DNA from: Raillietiella orientalis
Taxonomy: Eukaryota
Length of the DNA: 64,000 bases
NCBI GenBank assembly: GCA_036172245.1
Contig: JAYWIR010000017.1
Span: 496,001-560,000 of the forward strand
Direction of reading: 5' to 3'
In this document: piece after piece, positions 1-13,985 of the stretch
Numbering within the stretch: the first letter of the stretch is position 1
Layout: each line of letters begins with the position of its first letter
The notes under the pieces: model-generated
Database searches by the model: none
What the model saw: the letters and a program-made list of their open reading frames with translations, nothing else
What the model was told of the DNA's origin: nothing
Program-made: the position numbers and the translations under genes

Positions 1-399
1 ATCGGGGTAAACCAAGTAGGGAGAGCTCGTGCCTCCGCACTGGCTCGTCACTAGTCATGCTGATCGCACGAGTGTGTGGGTGGTGCTGCTGTTATTATGG
101 GGTGCACATTTAAGAGCTCCCTTCAAGAGTGCTCTCGCAATTCCTGTTGGACAAGATCTCGTTCGAAACATTTCTGCAGTCTGACTTCATTCCATGAAGC
201 TCTGAGCGCCCCCAAAAGCATCTTTGTCTTCTCCCGAGTCACATGGCATATCGACCCCTGTAGGAAAGTTTCCCCCTCACGTCGCGCGTGGGATATGAAA
301 GGAAAATCCCGGATTGCAAGGGCGAGCAACGCCTCTACGCGCTGGGATTTAAACGCCTAGCAATCTGCTGATACTCGTGTCCAGCTCCTCGAGATCTCT

Positions 400-722
400 T
401 CTATACAGATATAGCCCACTTGTGTGCTGCTCGCAGAAGTCTTATCCATCCCTACATTTCGCTTTCGGAACTCTGTGAAGTTCTCTGGACACCGCTATGG
501 CATGGATGAAGCAGACAAACATAACTGTTGCTGCTTTAGAATGACCCTGCGAAAAGCAGCAGGTCTTCGGGGCTAAGGTTCGGAAAGGGACAGGCTATGT
601 GCCGCTTGTCTCCCATCGCCTTGCAGGAAGCGGCATTGTGGTGTAGTGTGGGACGGTCCTCGTCGCGGTCTTTGCAGACGGAGTTCACTCTTCCCTGTAG
701 CACATGACGCAAAAGATCGTTT
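400..722 (-). pseudogene. Eroded RING/B-box (TRIM-like) fragment
   Basis: Across frameshifts the minus strand reads FCVMC...HHNAASC...HIACPF...YVCLLHPCH, a Cys/His spacing reminiscent of RING followed by B-box. Stops and frameshifts are present; boundaries approximate. Confidence 0.22.
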
Positions 723-1989
723 CTGCCCAGGGTCCAATCAGTGCCAACAGATGCTGCACTTTCATGAGGGTCAGAGAGGGTTTCTGGGAAATGCGTAGAG
801 CTTCAACCGTAGTTCCAGGTACTCTCAAGAAGATCGTCCAGCATTGCAAACCCATGGATCCGTAGGTTCTCTGCAGAGCTGCTGCCACGTGACTCGGCTC
901 ACAGCGTCTCAGGGGCAGTTTCTTCTCTGAAGTGTTCCATGTTATTGTCAACTTAGGAAGGCTGTAGGAAATTCCGTTCTGTAGTTGTTGAAGAATGTTG
1001 ACGGGGTGCGTGCCTGTCAGTGTTAAGAGGACTTTCGAGGATTCTTTCTCCTTTGCCTAACGTATGGTTCCTGAATTTGGTTGCGGGATTTGATCGTCTT
1101 CGCTATGTTGTTGAAGCCAAAACTTCCCGTTGATGATTGCCAAGCCTTGCAGTTTTCGGGGTGTCAGCTGATCTCTGGATGTCGGTTGAGCAACTCGGCC
1201 ATTTCTTTGAGAGGGGATTTTAGTCTCCCTCCATTGCTGGATACGCCTTCTTCCCCTGTGCACTAAGCTTCATGCGCGTGTTTCATAAATATACATGTCT
1301 TCAGGGGTATGAGCAGTGTGCAGAGTACACAAGAATGGGTACCTAGGGATGCCTATACACATGAGCACGTACATACTCGTATGTGTGTATATACAGTACA
1401 CTCATTTTTCAAAGGATCACTAATGTGAAAGGTCTCTCCCAAACGAGATGACCACAAATTGTTGCCGGATTCCTAAATTTAACATCCGCGAAGAGAAGGC
1501 AAAAGAAAATCTTTTAAACTCTCACGATCCATCTCGCTGATTCCCATCATATCTTCTTGATCTTCCGGTTAAGATCAAAGTGCCACGTGAGCGCAAATGG
1601 CACTTCCGGATTGCTCATGCAGGAGATGTGTACTATGGAGTGAGACTCTTCCTCACATACTGAGTCATCACATGAGGCCACCTTCTCAGTACACTGCCAG
1701 GCACTATAGAATAGTTGGAAGATTGCTCTACGCTGTCACCATCACTGGGCACGACGGAAGGTAAACCTCAGCAAACCAATGCATCTCCGGAACGGTTTTT
1801 AATCACCGTCTGGACCTGATAATCCAGGAGAGACAACTTCCTGGTAACACTGGAAGCTGCCCGTTTGAAAACGGGGAGGCAGCCTTCAGCACAACTAGAC
1901 AGCAGGAGAAACTTAAATATGAGGATATCGCCTAACAACAAAAAACAGTTGAACAGGAAAGGAATGCAAATCAAGGACCAAGCCTTTCT

Positions 1990-3500
1990 AGCGGACTCAC
2001 TGGGATGTTGGGATTCAAACAATGATGGTGAACTCCTTCGCGACGCGAGTACCCTTCGGCCCATACCCCGAGAAACAAGACAGCTTATGGTTGTTCCATG
2101 AATTTTCCATGTAGTGGAGACATATACTAGGGGACGTGGATGTTGCCTGGTGGACATCCACCAGACAACATCGAATCCCTAAAAGAATTTTCATCTGTGG
2201 AAGAGAAAGATGGACTTCCAAATGAAGTTCGTCAACCAGGCACCACTGGAGGACATCTTCAAGGAGCGACCTGCTGTCCCAGGCTTCCACGACGCAAACA
2301 GGAAGATGGCGTGAGCTCACATAACAGTCCCTTGAAGAAAATCATCTGGATCAAGGGGAGGGCATGTCCCACATTGGAACCTATCAGGCATGCTGATTGG
2401 TACTTCATTCACGAAGCAAGAATGAACTTTGCTGCCGATGAGAGGCACCTCGAGAACACCTTGAACAGATGGGCTTTGTCGAGGCGGTGTGACCTGGGAT
2501 AAGACCTCGCTCCATGTCCTTAATGACTGTGCAAGGAGGATCTCTTCTGTTTACACTGCTAGACATTATATCATCGTAGGGACAGATTAAAGGATGCTGC
2601 AGTGACTACAGAGGAATGGAGCTTGGTATCCGAAAGCAAGAGGGTCAGGATTTCACTCTGTGGCCTAATTCGGTGTATCAGGAAGCGGCAACAAGATGGT
2701 GGTGTTAGATGCCTTGTGTTTATCTGAGAATGAAGAGTAGGCATTTGGCATCACCAAGATGATGCCATGCAAATATCCCGGAGAGGCATCAGGACCCACA
2801 TCTGAGCCTTAGCGATTGGAGCTCCAGGAACATGGGTCTTTAAGATATGATGGACTTCTTCGAGAGTTAGGTGTGCCAAGATTATGTGCTGTCAAGGCGA
2901 GGAAGCTTGTGGTAGCCTCCTGCATCCGATGCAGTCGAGACATCTGCCGCACCCACCGACCGGGACATCCTCCAGACGGGACTTGCGACCCAATAGAAAA
3001 TCAGAAAAGAGAGAATCCCAGAGGTTGCAAAAATAGAAGTCGACGAGCAACAAGATGAAGAACATCCCTAGGAATTGACCTTGGTAAATCAATATGCATC
3101 ATCCAGAGATAAGAAATGATGATGCAAGGTCCTCCTGTATTTTTTTCCATACTTTGAATCATTTTCTGTCCATAGAATCTCATGAACTCGAGATGATCCC
3201 ATCGCTTTCCATGCTTCCAATTCCATCCTTTCGAATCCTTGCCGGTTGCATGACAAGGAGGCTAACAGGCCACTTGGGGCTTCGTGCACCGATTCAGAAC
3301 CCAAAGAGAGCTTCCGCGCGCAACATCCGGCCTTCACTCCCCTGAAGGATTTGGAAATGCGAACTCGTGGCATTTGGGAGAACAGAGCACGAAATGGGCG
3401 GAATGGACCTCAGGAACATTGGATCCGGGAGCAGTTTTGCTTCAGGAGCAATCTTCCGGGTACTGCTGGCTTCTAACTGTTGGTTGTCCGTGCCTCAGTC
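1990..3500 (+). mobile_element. Degenerate BEL/Pao LTR-retrotransposon pol remnant
   Basis: Pao-like motifs occur in the expected order across several frames: LGCWD..D (~2000), IRHADWYFIHEARMNFAADE (~2390), II VG/RLKDA (~2570-2600), integrase zinc finger H..G..LR...PR....K..VASCIRC (2816-2940), TLNHFL (~3150), and DUF5641-like EQSTKW...G.VLLQE...W.L (~3380-3480). Many stops and frameshifts; no LTRs recognised. Confidence 0.65.
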
Positions 3501-3579
3501 GCATTCTTATGGTTTCAAGGTTCTCGGTCGAAGCTTCTCGGCATTTTCTTTGAATAAGGCACGAAAAGATGCACGCTGA

Positions 3580-4028
3580 AGATGGCATGCGAGAAGTCCA
3601 TGCCTCACCATCCGCACCCTGGAGTAGATCACGCGGCTAACTGCACAACAGGCAATGCACCATTCGCCTTATCTAATGAGAGATGAGTAATCCGACCGCC
3701 TCTTCGTCGAGCTTGCCACGCGACACCAAAACTCCTCAGAGAGTCGAGAAGAAGAGTCTGCAGCCCGACAACGGATCTCGTTTGACCTGGTGTCATACTG
3801 GTGGCGAACTCAGGTACCGTCGCTTCATCCGCAAACGAACCGCTCGCTTGTGTTCTCTCTCTTCGTGGAGGGATGCACTTTGACTCCGGAATGCACGCTA
3901 TGGTTCCTCGCTCAGGCGTGATGGAGAAAACTCAAGAATTCGCGATGTCGCCCCTGAGTCTGATGACCCATTGGTCATCGATGACAAGTAGTTCGGGGCG
4001 TATTCGAAAGCGCCCAAGGGGACGGTGA
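3580..4028 (+). mobile_element. Possible Gypsy-type integrase C-terminal remnant
   Basis: MPHHP (similar to SPxHPQSNG), TGGELRYRRFIRKR (similar to G.LRRNRR.LR) and terminal SSGRIRKRP (similar to RSGR.RKPP) occur in the order typical of Gypsy/Mag pol tails. Heavily decayed. Confidence 0.3.
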
Positions 4029-4944
4029 CTTCTCTTCTTCTTTACTTTTCCACCACTGAGTCCCACAGCAGCATGATCAGCACCTGAAGGAGTTGTAAAA
4101 GAGAACCCTGACTGTTTGGTTGGATGCTCTGTTCTTTCTGCACGAAGTTGGTCGGAAAACAAACTCATCTCTCCGAGAACAGACGAGCAAGCGAAATTTT
4201 TGAAAATCTCCCGTCCTCGTTCTTATGTGCGCGGATGCGCGTGCGCCTTTCGTTTCACAAACATCCCAGTCGATCTGGGGGTGGGGTCCACTTTTCCTCT
4301 TACCTCTGTCTGGGAAAAAGGGCTTGGCAACCCTTTAGTTGGACGAGATTCTCCTTGTCTGCGGAATGAAGAGATTAAAGAAAAGTCCATGGAACCGGAT
4401 GCTTTTCGTGTGAAGGTGATGCGGTAGCAAAAGATCTGCAATGTAGGTTGATAGGGCGGAGAAGGGTTTTCAGCAGGTAGGAAGACCCATTGATTTCTCC
4501 TTACACAGTATATTCGAGGAGTTGATCCAGGCTATGCCACACTTCTGGAGTAGAAAGCAAGAATACAAAGCTCATCATGGAAGCTCACTGGATGCTGCTG
4601 TACCACCTCGTGAAGTCAGCAGATCAGCTTTTCGGAGATTCAGGTTCCTCAGAAAGGCACCACATGCTCAGCAGAGCCCAGAATACCAAGTCCTCAAGGA
4701 ACGGTTGGAAGACGTCTGTTCGTCAAAGCACTCTTGCGGCTACAGAGACTCAAAAAGTAGTGGAACCCTGTGCATCTCTTAAACGTCTGCTGGCCTCATG
4801 GAAGCTGCCACTTGTTCCAAGTTCACTGACGTAGATTCATCTCTATATATTTTTTAATGCTCCCTTCTTCCCAAAGACGTCATTTTCTTTGCACCTAAGG
4901 GACCCCTGCGGATGGAAGAAGCTTTTTTTTGCATCCATTCAACC

Positions 4945-5300
4945 AATTTCAACTGCTCACTCTGTCAGCACAATCCACCTTCTTTCAGAGCTGTCGAAAT
5001 TCCGAGTGTTTTGGCTACGCAACGCGAGTCTGAGCAGCTAAACGTTTGCCATCGCGGAACTCTGTGAAAGGAAGAGTGTCCCTGGTGCTTGCTGGTTTGC
5101 AGAATACAGAATGGAGTCCATTCCTACTCGCTACACACAGAGGAGTTCTGGGTGGCCGATGATGTGCGCTCCTTGACTCGAACAAGCTCCGTCAACTGCA
5201 CGTAAGAGCTTCAAGAGTGGCTGCCTGGTTTCCTACTTCATCAACTGACCACAATCAATCAGCAGATTCAAACAATCGAGAACTTAAGGAGCTGAGATGG
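4945..5300 (+). pseudogene. Eroded RING/B-box/coiled-coil (TRIM-like) fragment
   Basis: FNCSLCQ, then TFAIAELCE (similar to LPxNFAL.EL.E), then CPWCLLVC...H...H, followed by a Q/L-rich helical stretch. Interrupted by stops and frameshifts. Confidence 0.25.
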
Positions 5301-8300
5301 AGGCAATTCTCAACCTTTCGCTCGATCAATGCAGCAGCCTGAGGTCAGGAAGAGAATTAAGGGCGTTGCAACCAGTATGAAGAAATTATCAAAGGTCTAC
5401 CTGCCCGTTCAAGAATTCAACAACACTCCAAGAGAAACCTACATCTATCCCAGAAACCTAGTTGCATCTCAAAGCTAGCAACAGACTTAGAAAAGTGAAT
5501 TTGAAAGTCTGAGCGGATTATGTGTAATCCCAGTAAAAATCCCAAGTACCAGTCCATCTGTTCTGCTGCTGTGAGATTCTTGCATGTTCAAAAGCTTTAT
5601 CCATCTCGGAACTTTTAAAGGACATTCAGAAAAGAGAATAAGATCCAAAATCTTTATTGGTGAGTATAAAATGCTGTTGCTTCTACATTAAAAGAAGCAG
5701 GAGCGATGGCAAAGTGAGTTCTTCGCTGCAAGACTTAGGGAAAACAGAGTTGTCATATGGAGAACACCCCAAATGCTAGGAATCTGCGTGTGACGGATAT
5801 CTGTAAGGAAGCGATCAATGCGATGGTTCTCAAGGAAGCAGGCGAAGGTTAGCTTCGTTGTTTCCTTGCTTCTTTTGCTTGCACTCGTAGATCTTCCGGT
5901 ATGCTGCATTCTAGCATCTTCAAACGTGCCATGAGCAACGTGAAGTATGGAATACTGTGCATCGCTTCAATTCAAGTCATCATCACCGTGCTCCAATTAT
6001 CGAACTTTTCTCCTTTCCTTTTGCTTATGAGTTCCGACAAGTCGGAAGAAAAGCGAGAATCCACTCTCTCGCTGCCATCGTTTTTGTCCGATGTGAATAC
6101 GGTGCGGCTCCTTCCTGCTGCCGATTGGGCATCTAGTCGAACACCCTTCTCCCCGTTTCCTCGTTTGCGCGGAAGATACCGCATTCCCCTTAATCTGAGA
6201 AGAGTGCTGCGTTTGTACGACATTTGTTGCGTGTCAGAGTAGAAAATCCAATCCATGTTACCTCGATTTGAGGCGATTTAACGTCACTTCTAGGCAAATT
6301 AATTTCCAACGAAAGAAAGGATTCCATATACGGTGACAAATCTCGTTTGCTAAATACAGAACGCCCACGTCAGCCATCATGTCTACGAATTATACTCATA
6401 GCGAGCAAGGACCTTGATTTGTTCGCTTGCCATCCATCTTCTGTAAATATTTATGAAGCAGTAATAAAAAGCAACCGAGAGCAAGCAGCTTGGTTTTCAT
6501 GTTGTTCGGGCTTCTGCAAATGCGAGTTTTTTTTTTTTTTTTTCCAACGGGACACAGCAGCGGGACATAAAAACAAATGTATGGATGTACAGATAGAAAA
6601 CAAACATGGTCAAGCGTACGCTCCGTAAGGAAACGAATCCGAGAAGCGAGCGAATCACAGGACTCTGTGTGCCGACAGCCCTCGGCAGCCATGTTCCGAC
6701 AGCCCTCGCCTTTTTCTGGAGAATTCCCAACTTCAGCTGATTCTCGCGTGAACGAGCATGTATGAACCCGAGATGTAAGCGACAAGGCGCACACCTTATC
6801 CCATGATTGGGAAGATTCCTTGAACGCTCACGAGTGTCTCCACGCTCTTCATTGGGTGGATGGCACCGACCGGTTTGTGCTTGACACCTCCTTTCACAAT
6901 TTCATGGATCCCAGAGAAAGTTGGCTGATTTATTTATCGGAGCGTTCACGGCAGAAATGTAAATAAAGTTAGACGAGTTATTCCTCCGAATTATGACATG
7001 ACCCCAGCAAGAGGAGAGAGATGCTAGAATTAATAGGGAAGAATTATCAGTTATTAATGGGGGAGGAAAACGCCAGTTTTCTTTGCGTGGAAAGGACAAT
7101 AAGAAAAAATGGAAAGGGAAGAGAATAAAGTTACAAAGGTACAAAAATCCATCGCATCCTGCATAATCCGGATATTGAATGCCATTATTATTATTAAAGA
7201 AATAATTATTAACAATCCGTTTGAAGCATGGCTTGCGGTTTGATGGCTCCTCTTGAGGGTACACTGAGAACTCGGACTAAAACAATGGAGGAAAACTGGT
7301 ACGGAAAATCTTCTCCTGATCCAATGCTGACTACAGTTGTCTTCGATCTTACTCTCAGGATGTTGACATGAATTTAAAATTTCGAATTATCGTCACGAGA
7401 GCTGAGTTCACCATGGGAGATGGGTATGTGCTATATATTCCCCGAATCACTGCTGGATTCCAGCAAAAGTACTTTCAGCATGCACACGCGAAGAAAAAAA
7501 TGGTACAGAGAATGCATCATTCTAGAAGAAGCTTACCATTTTCCTGAGAATGAGCCACCAGAATCTAACTGTACCATACATAAAAGATGGCGTATCTGAG
7601 CGCTGCTCCCTTTAACTTGAGATGTTTTTACCTCTTGGAGTGCTCTTTGATCTGCAGAGTATGTCAAGATGATCGTGAAGAAAGATTCTGTAAGAGAGTA
7701 GAGAGGAATTCAAGTCATCCAAGTGCCAGGATTGCAGTTGGAGATGGCAACTAAGAAAATTCATCATTTTGCCCATCAGAAGGATACCATTTAGAAATGG
7801 TCAGCTACAGTTTAAGTGAAGAAATCAGCGTAGAAGACACTTGAAGTGAGATTCCTAAAAGAAACAGTACTACAATCATTGGATGAGGCTCGTGCTCGGC
7901 ATTTCTCCGAAGAACAAGAATGACTGAAAATAAAAGATGGTGAAAAGTCGTTGGAAGAAGTTTGAAGAACGTCACTAAAGTTGATAAGATCCTCGAAGTA
8001 TCGCGAGAGCAACTGTATCTGCAGCTGTCTTCGAATCTGCTTCTCAGATTTTCATGGAAATGAGATGCAACTCCGTCATATTCAGGGTATCAGAGGTGCA
8101 TGGAAGCTGCTGAAGAAAAAACGAATCACTGGATGATATAAAAGAATGCTTTCCCAGTTTGGTTGGATGGAGAGAACCTTCATGATCTAAGCAGAGAGGC
8201 GAAACATCAATACGATCGCAAGAGAAATCTCGCTCATTTGTGTCTTTGAAGGATTCTGTGAGACGAGGAGTTGAAATCCGTCTAGAGAAAGAGCCGAAGA

Positions 8301-8901
8301 CTCCGTTCTCAGGCGTTCCGGGGCACGCTTTCTAAACACGATACGCCGGAACCCAGCAGTAGCCAGAGTTTGGCAGAAGTTGATTCCACTGTTTTTGGAT
8401 TCTGCAGATTGCTCCTCGGCAGCGGCCTCTCCTCGGAAGAGGTCGCCAGAGCATCTTCGTGGGCCCGAGTTTGCTGTTCCGGCTGCGACGCAGGTTCCTT
8501 ATCCTGGTGTGTGCGACCACACCGTGCATCTCCGCCTAAGTCGAGAAGAACATGTCGGCGACTGCTCCACTGATCAGCTTGCGGTCACGGAGTCGAGAGA
8601 GCAGTCCTGCAGTTTTCCCGCTTTCCCTCGAGGCCGCACGCGATTCCCCTGATTCGGGGAAGAGCACGCGGGACACATCCGGCGTATTCTCCTCCATCCT
8701 GTAACGAACCGGAGAGCTGCTATAGACATGCAGAGACACTTCTTTAATGGATCTCACGTTAAACAGAGCATTCGAATGCCAACCCGTGTTGAACGGAGGG
8801 AGCCCGCCCACACTTGCGTTTGTTTTCCCGAAGTCGGTTTCCCTGTTCCGCAGATGCCTTCAGGTGTCTTCAGAAGCTGCTTATTCAATGGAAAAGAAAG
8901 A

Positions 8902-8928
8902 AGAGAGAGAGAGAGAGAGAGAGAGAGA
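8902..8928. repeat. (GA)n microsatellite
   Basis: About 13 perfect AG units. Confidence 0.95.
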
Positions 8929-11900
8929 AAACCCTACGTGGACTACGCGGACATGATGACAAGATCGAACTGTTACGAGGGATTCGGTTTGCCACAAGCC
9001 GAGCTAACTGTAGATAAGAAATCTTAACACATGCTGTCCCATGCGTTTTTCGTTCAGGGTGGGACTTGCTTCTGGCATGCGACGCTCGGTCCTCATTCAC
9101 GATCATTCAAAGTGATTTCCTTTTCTGTGTGTTGATAACTTCCTCTCATGGTTGCCAAAATGTTTCCTTTCTCAACCACAGCAACACCTAATTTTTCCAT
9201 TGTGCGTACAAGCATGTCGGAATTCCTTTCTTCGACCCAGACCCCATAGGCAACAACAGAAGCAGCTGTCAATCACGTTCCGCCAGAAATTTACCCCTTT
9301 TCTCCTCAAACTTCGCATTCTGGGGAATGCAGACATCAGCACGCCCCATTTGTCACTCGGTCTTCCCGAAAATTCCTCTCGGCAACCTATTTATTGCAAC
9401 GTTATTAATATTTCGTATCTTGAATATTTTTCTGGCTCTTTTTCGATCTGCCGGACGGAGGCGCTGGTGAAATCTCTGTAGGCGATTCCTCACTCTCTCC
9501 GACACCTGGCAGGCTGTCTCTGAATCGGTTCCGATGTCGGTTGGTGGTACGGATCCTTTGATCGGCATCACAATTGATTCCACTGCTTCCAATCGCAGCG
9601 TTCGCCGTCGTGCGAACCCACGCTGACGCTCCTCCTGGCTGTTGGGGACGGTTCCCGCGTGTTCCGAGGTGCTGCTGGATGGCTTTGTCTGCCTGCCCGG
9701 AGTATTCGAAGCAAAACATGCGCGGTTTGGGGCAAACCACGCGGCGAGCAACATCATGGGGAGGGAGGATGCTCTAATGGCACGCACCCACGAAGATCGA
9801 AGGCTGCGGATCGCGGTGAATAAAAAAAAGACTTCGTGGCTTTTTCCCTTGTTGATGTTCTGTCCGGGAAGGGGTGCACTCCGGGGATTATTTGGTGTTT
9901 CGCGCCTTTCGTAAAACAAATCAAATTCCAAGGTTCGCCAGAAGTAAGAGATGAATCATTCTTGATCTTTTTCTTTTTTTTTCCAAACAGCTCATCAGGC
10001 ACTTACGCTTAAAGCGGGTGCCATTTTTAACCCACGCATACTGAAGAAGGATACCCTTCCTTTTTGCTCTTTTTGCTTTTGCTGGTGAGGAAGGAATTTT
10101 CAAGGGAACCGGAAAAACACCCCTTGCCGACCTCACGTTCCCCGGTGGATGGCAGCGAAATGTCAACCTGTGAAACACGTCTTTTTTTCAAAACAAAATG
10201 ATTCCCTGTTCGGGATGCTCGGCCACATCCTCTAATGGCTGCAAAAATGCTTCCCCTTGAAACGACACTTCAAAATGAAAATCAGGAAACTGGCTGTGCC
10301 TTTCCTCGGAGACCGAGTCCACCGGAATGGATTGACGGGGGTGGCGTGTTGCCAGCGCTGCTTCCTGATCCGAACTCTGAAGCTTTCAGACGGTCATTGC
10401 AGATTCACTCTCAGGGACGCGTGTAACGAATGAGCGCCGACTAAGCGGATCTGATGACTCTTTGATGAAGCTCATTAGTTTTAGAATCGTACGAGGACAT
10501 GGTACATTCCAGGCGCCTCTCTGACCACTCGATGCAGCAAAGAAGCTGTGATTGCAGAAAAATGGACGCACTTTTTGTTTACGTGTGGATTCAGAATTAT
10601 TTGTGTTTGCTTTTCCTCTAAGACTCCTCCTCTTTGCGCTGGAGACGGCTTCGCAGAAACTCACTCTCGTAATTGCATTAGAAACCCGCAGGATGATCAC
10701 TGCCGTGCACGACGCATCTAGCTATCAAGATTCCTCACTAGGGAAACGGACCACAGAGATGTTTGATACCGTTCCGCTCCTCTAGCATCGGATTCCAGAA
10801 AGGGAAACATGAAGTTCTTGCTGACGTGTCGGCTGTCCAAAAGGAGCCAATCACGGTCTGAATCACGAAAGACTCACGAAATCAAGATCAGTGAAAAAGA
10901 TGCGCTGTTTCCCAAGTGGTTTCTCCTAGATGAGAGAGAGAGAAAAAAATTTGGTCGTGACTTCTATGTTATGATGTACAGCCCACTTCGACCAATAACA
11001 CACACACTGCTTGTGGTTTGATGCACGTCCAACGTCGTTAAAAACAAGAGGGAGTCGTGATAGCTCGGAGTACGTCAGGTGGGACGATGAAAAAAAGAGC
11101 AAAGACTCGTCTGTTTCGAAACTCTCCCGCTGGAGTCGACACGCTCTCGCATTTGAAAATGACCCACGCAAGTTGACCATTTGGAGACGTCACTCAAGAA
11201 CAGATATCAAGCAGGGGCATAGCAAAGTCTGAAACTGCTTTCTTATGCAGAGGAAAAAGTCTTCTGGAAAAATGAAAGGAGGGATCGCCAAGGAATGTTC
11301 TTGTTTGATGCGAGATTCATTTCTAACAACTAGCAGGATATTCAGAAGTGCATCGGCACTTTCGATGGAGATATTTCGTGTCATCGTCATGACGAGAAAG
11401 TTGCAAGATGCTTCAAACTCTGCAACGAAAAATGGGAGATGTTTCTTGCGGCTGTTTTGTGAATGTTGAAGTGAACTCTGAGTCCTTGAGTCTACTTTTT
11501 TCTTGAATAGAACTTTGCACAAACAACGAATGATCTCTTTTTCAGTTCCTCATCTCAACTTCGAAACATCCTGTCCGACAGCACGTAGACAAGATGTTAT
11601 CAAGAATACCTTCAAAAATAATCAAGTATTATCATTACTTTTCTCTTTGCTAGGAAGCAAGAGGACGAAAACAAAACACCAAAACATTATCCATTTAAAG
11701 AGAGCTCTTTCTGCACTTGAAATTTGGAGACAGGCTGCTTTGAGTTTCTTTTTTTCTGGACCCAAAGCTGCCACACATCAAGAATAAAGGTCACCCACCT
11801 TTATCAATCGTTCAGATACTAGGATGACTTCTTAGAGGTTGTGTATCTCCTAACACCTAAAATGAGATTGGCTGCGTTGCTGTTGCATCAGCGGAATAAT

Positions 11901-13784
11901 TTGAAAAGCAGAACAAATCTCATCTGGAATTTTAGCCGGATCGTGTGATTTGTTTTCCTGAAACATCGGACGATTTCCAGGATAAAAGGGCTCGCTTCAA
12001 ATGCATGCCTCTACCAGAAAAGACTTTTATTCTGTTTCCAAAGAGCTATAGAGATAAGTAGTCACTTTGCCTCTCATTTTATCCCAAGTCGATACAAGCT
12101 TCCGCAAGAGAATGCATGAACTAACAAAAAACGCATGCATGTGCTTACAGTTTCTGGAAATGAGGCCTCTGGTGCCTTGTTCTTGCGAAGGTGCAAGAAA
12201 TTGCCTGTTCAGATGAGGTTCTGATTTTTCAAAACGCAAAGTGATGAATCACCCGCTGATAAATAAGTGTTCTGAGTCTCACTACTGTGTTTTTGTTTGC
12301 ATTCGCGAGAGTTGCGGATCGACAAGATCCCCTGAATCCCAGTTTTCTAGAAGAGGAGTTTTTCGCTGAAAAGTCCATAGGTCGAACTGATCCTAGTCAC
12401 AAGTTTGCATCGAGGACAAGCAGGAAAAGAAGACGAACGTGCCAACTCGTGCCCTACACTCCTAGGCACTTTCTACGTGGTTCTGATCAGGTCTTATCCT
12501 GGTCAGTACTCTTCGCTGTGGTCCCCCCACTGAACTTCATGCTTCCATGAAGGCACGTTGAATATGAAGCGAGCGCTTAGAAGAATTCGAGTCTAGTGCT
12601 CTACACGTTCATGGAACTTGCGACCATGTCTGACAGTTGACCACTCTTGAGCACGACATGCAGCACCTCCGAAGCACATGTGGTGTGAAGCACAAATGAG
12701 TATTTCACGAAGCTGCGAGTCGATTATGCATGAGTACGGGGAACGCATACAAGAGGACAAGATAAAGGTATCATTGCGGGAAAGGCATTAGAAATGGTGG
12801 GAACAGCAGTTTCGAAATCTTTCCAGCTAGGTCTGATAAGCAGCTCTCGTAACCGAAGGAATTATTTGGCTCTTCTTCAATGTTAATCCGTACTTTTATT
12901 ACTTCTGATGCTGTATGCATGTCTTGGTCATTCCTTTCTTAAAGAATTCGTTATTTTTGCATCATTTATCTCCGGCCACGATTCTTTTCACTGCGGCCAT
13001 GTCATCTCTTTATTCCCGCTCCCTCCCTCCCCCCAAAAAAATTTGAGCATTACTCCTGAATTTGTACAATCTTACTACGGTTTTCCTGGATTGGTGACTG
13101 GTTTTCCAATCACCCATCCGAACCGCTTTAGGAAAATACACTGAAAAGTGCGCTTCCCAATTGAAACCTATAGGGTAGGTTATTCCTTTCCTGGAGAAGG
13201 ATATCTCGCCTCTTTTACGAATTCTTAGCAGTCACCACCTGCTCAAGATGAAGCATAGAAAGATTGTTTGGAGTGGAAATTCTTGTGTTCTTTTGATTAG
13301 AGAATACATGGTGTCGTTTTAACGACAATTACTATCCATTTCCATCTGAGGTGAAATTCAGCACATTTCTGAGAATACTCCTGATTCCATAGACAACTGA
13401 GGACAGCAGTCTTAAAAAGTCTAATAATAAAAAGAGCATTTAGAATAAGAATAAAATCCGATTCCGCTTTTGAACATGGCACAGCGCTCCGATGAGGCAC
13501 CCGTGTCAATTACCCACACTTCTACTTTTTTTCTACAACTGCTACTGCAATTTTTCGCCTTTTTATACAGAAGGAAACATTAGTTCCTGTCCTTTACGAT
13601 ATCTCGGTTATCTAAGTAAGATTGTCGTTTGCTTAGTCAGTGGTGAAGTGCGATTCTAGTTGACATTTCCCTTAAATTCACCATTCAGGCATTCGCATTT
13701 TTTGAGGGGGAGTAAAACGATCGGCTTTTGTTAAAGAAAAACTATAATATTGATGTACTCATACCGATAGCACTTGCTGCACTT

Positions 13785-13816
13785 ACCGAATAGAAGCTTT
13801 AAGGCTTCTATTCGGT
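13785..13816. repeat. Near-perfect 32-bp palindrome
   Basis: accgaatagaagcttt/aaggcttctattcggt, one mismatch. Confidence 0.85.
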
Positions 13817-13962
13817 GGCCATTGCATTATGGCTCTCTTGCTTATTATTCTACGCAAAGGTCTGGGACGTTACCATAGCATCAACATGTTTGTGTTCAAC
13901 ATGAAAGTAGGAAGTGAACCAGATAGTTTTGACGCTTGTTCTCGCAGAGAAGAGCATCACCT

Positions 13963-13985
13963 TCTCTCTCTCTCTCTCTCTCTCT
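13963..13985. repeat. (TC)n microsatellite
   Basis: About 11 TC units. Confidence 0.95.
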
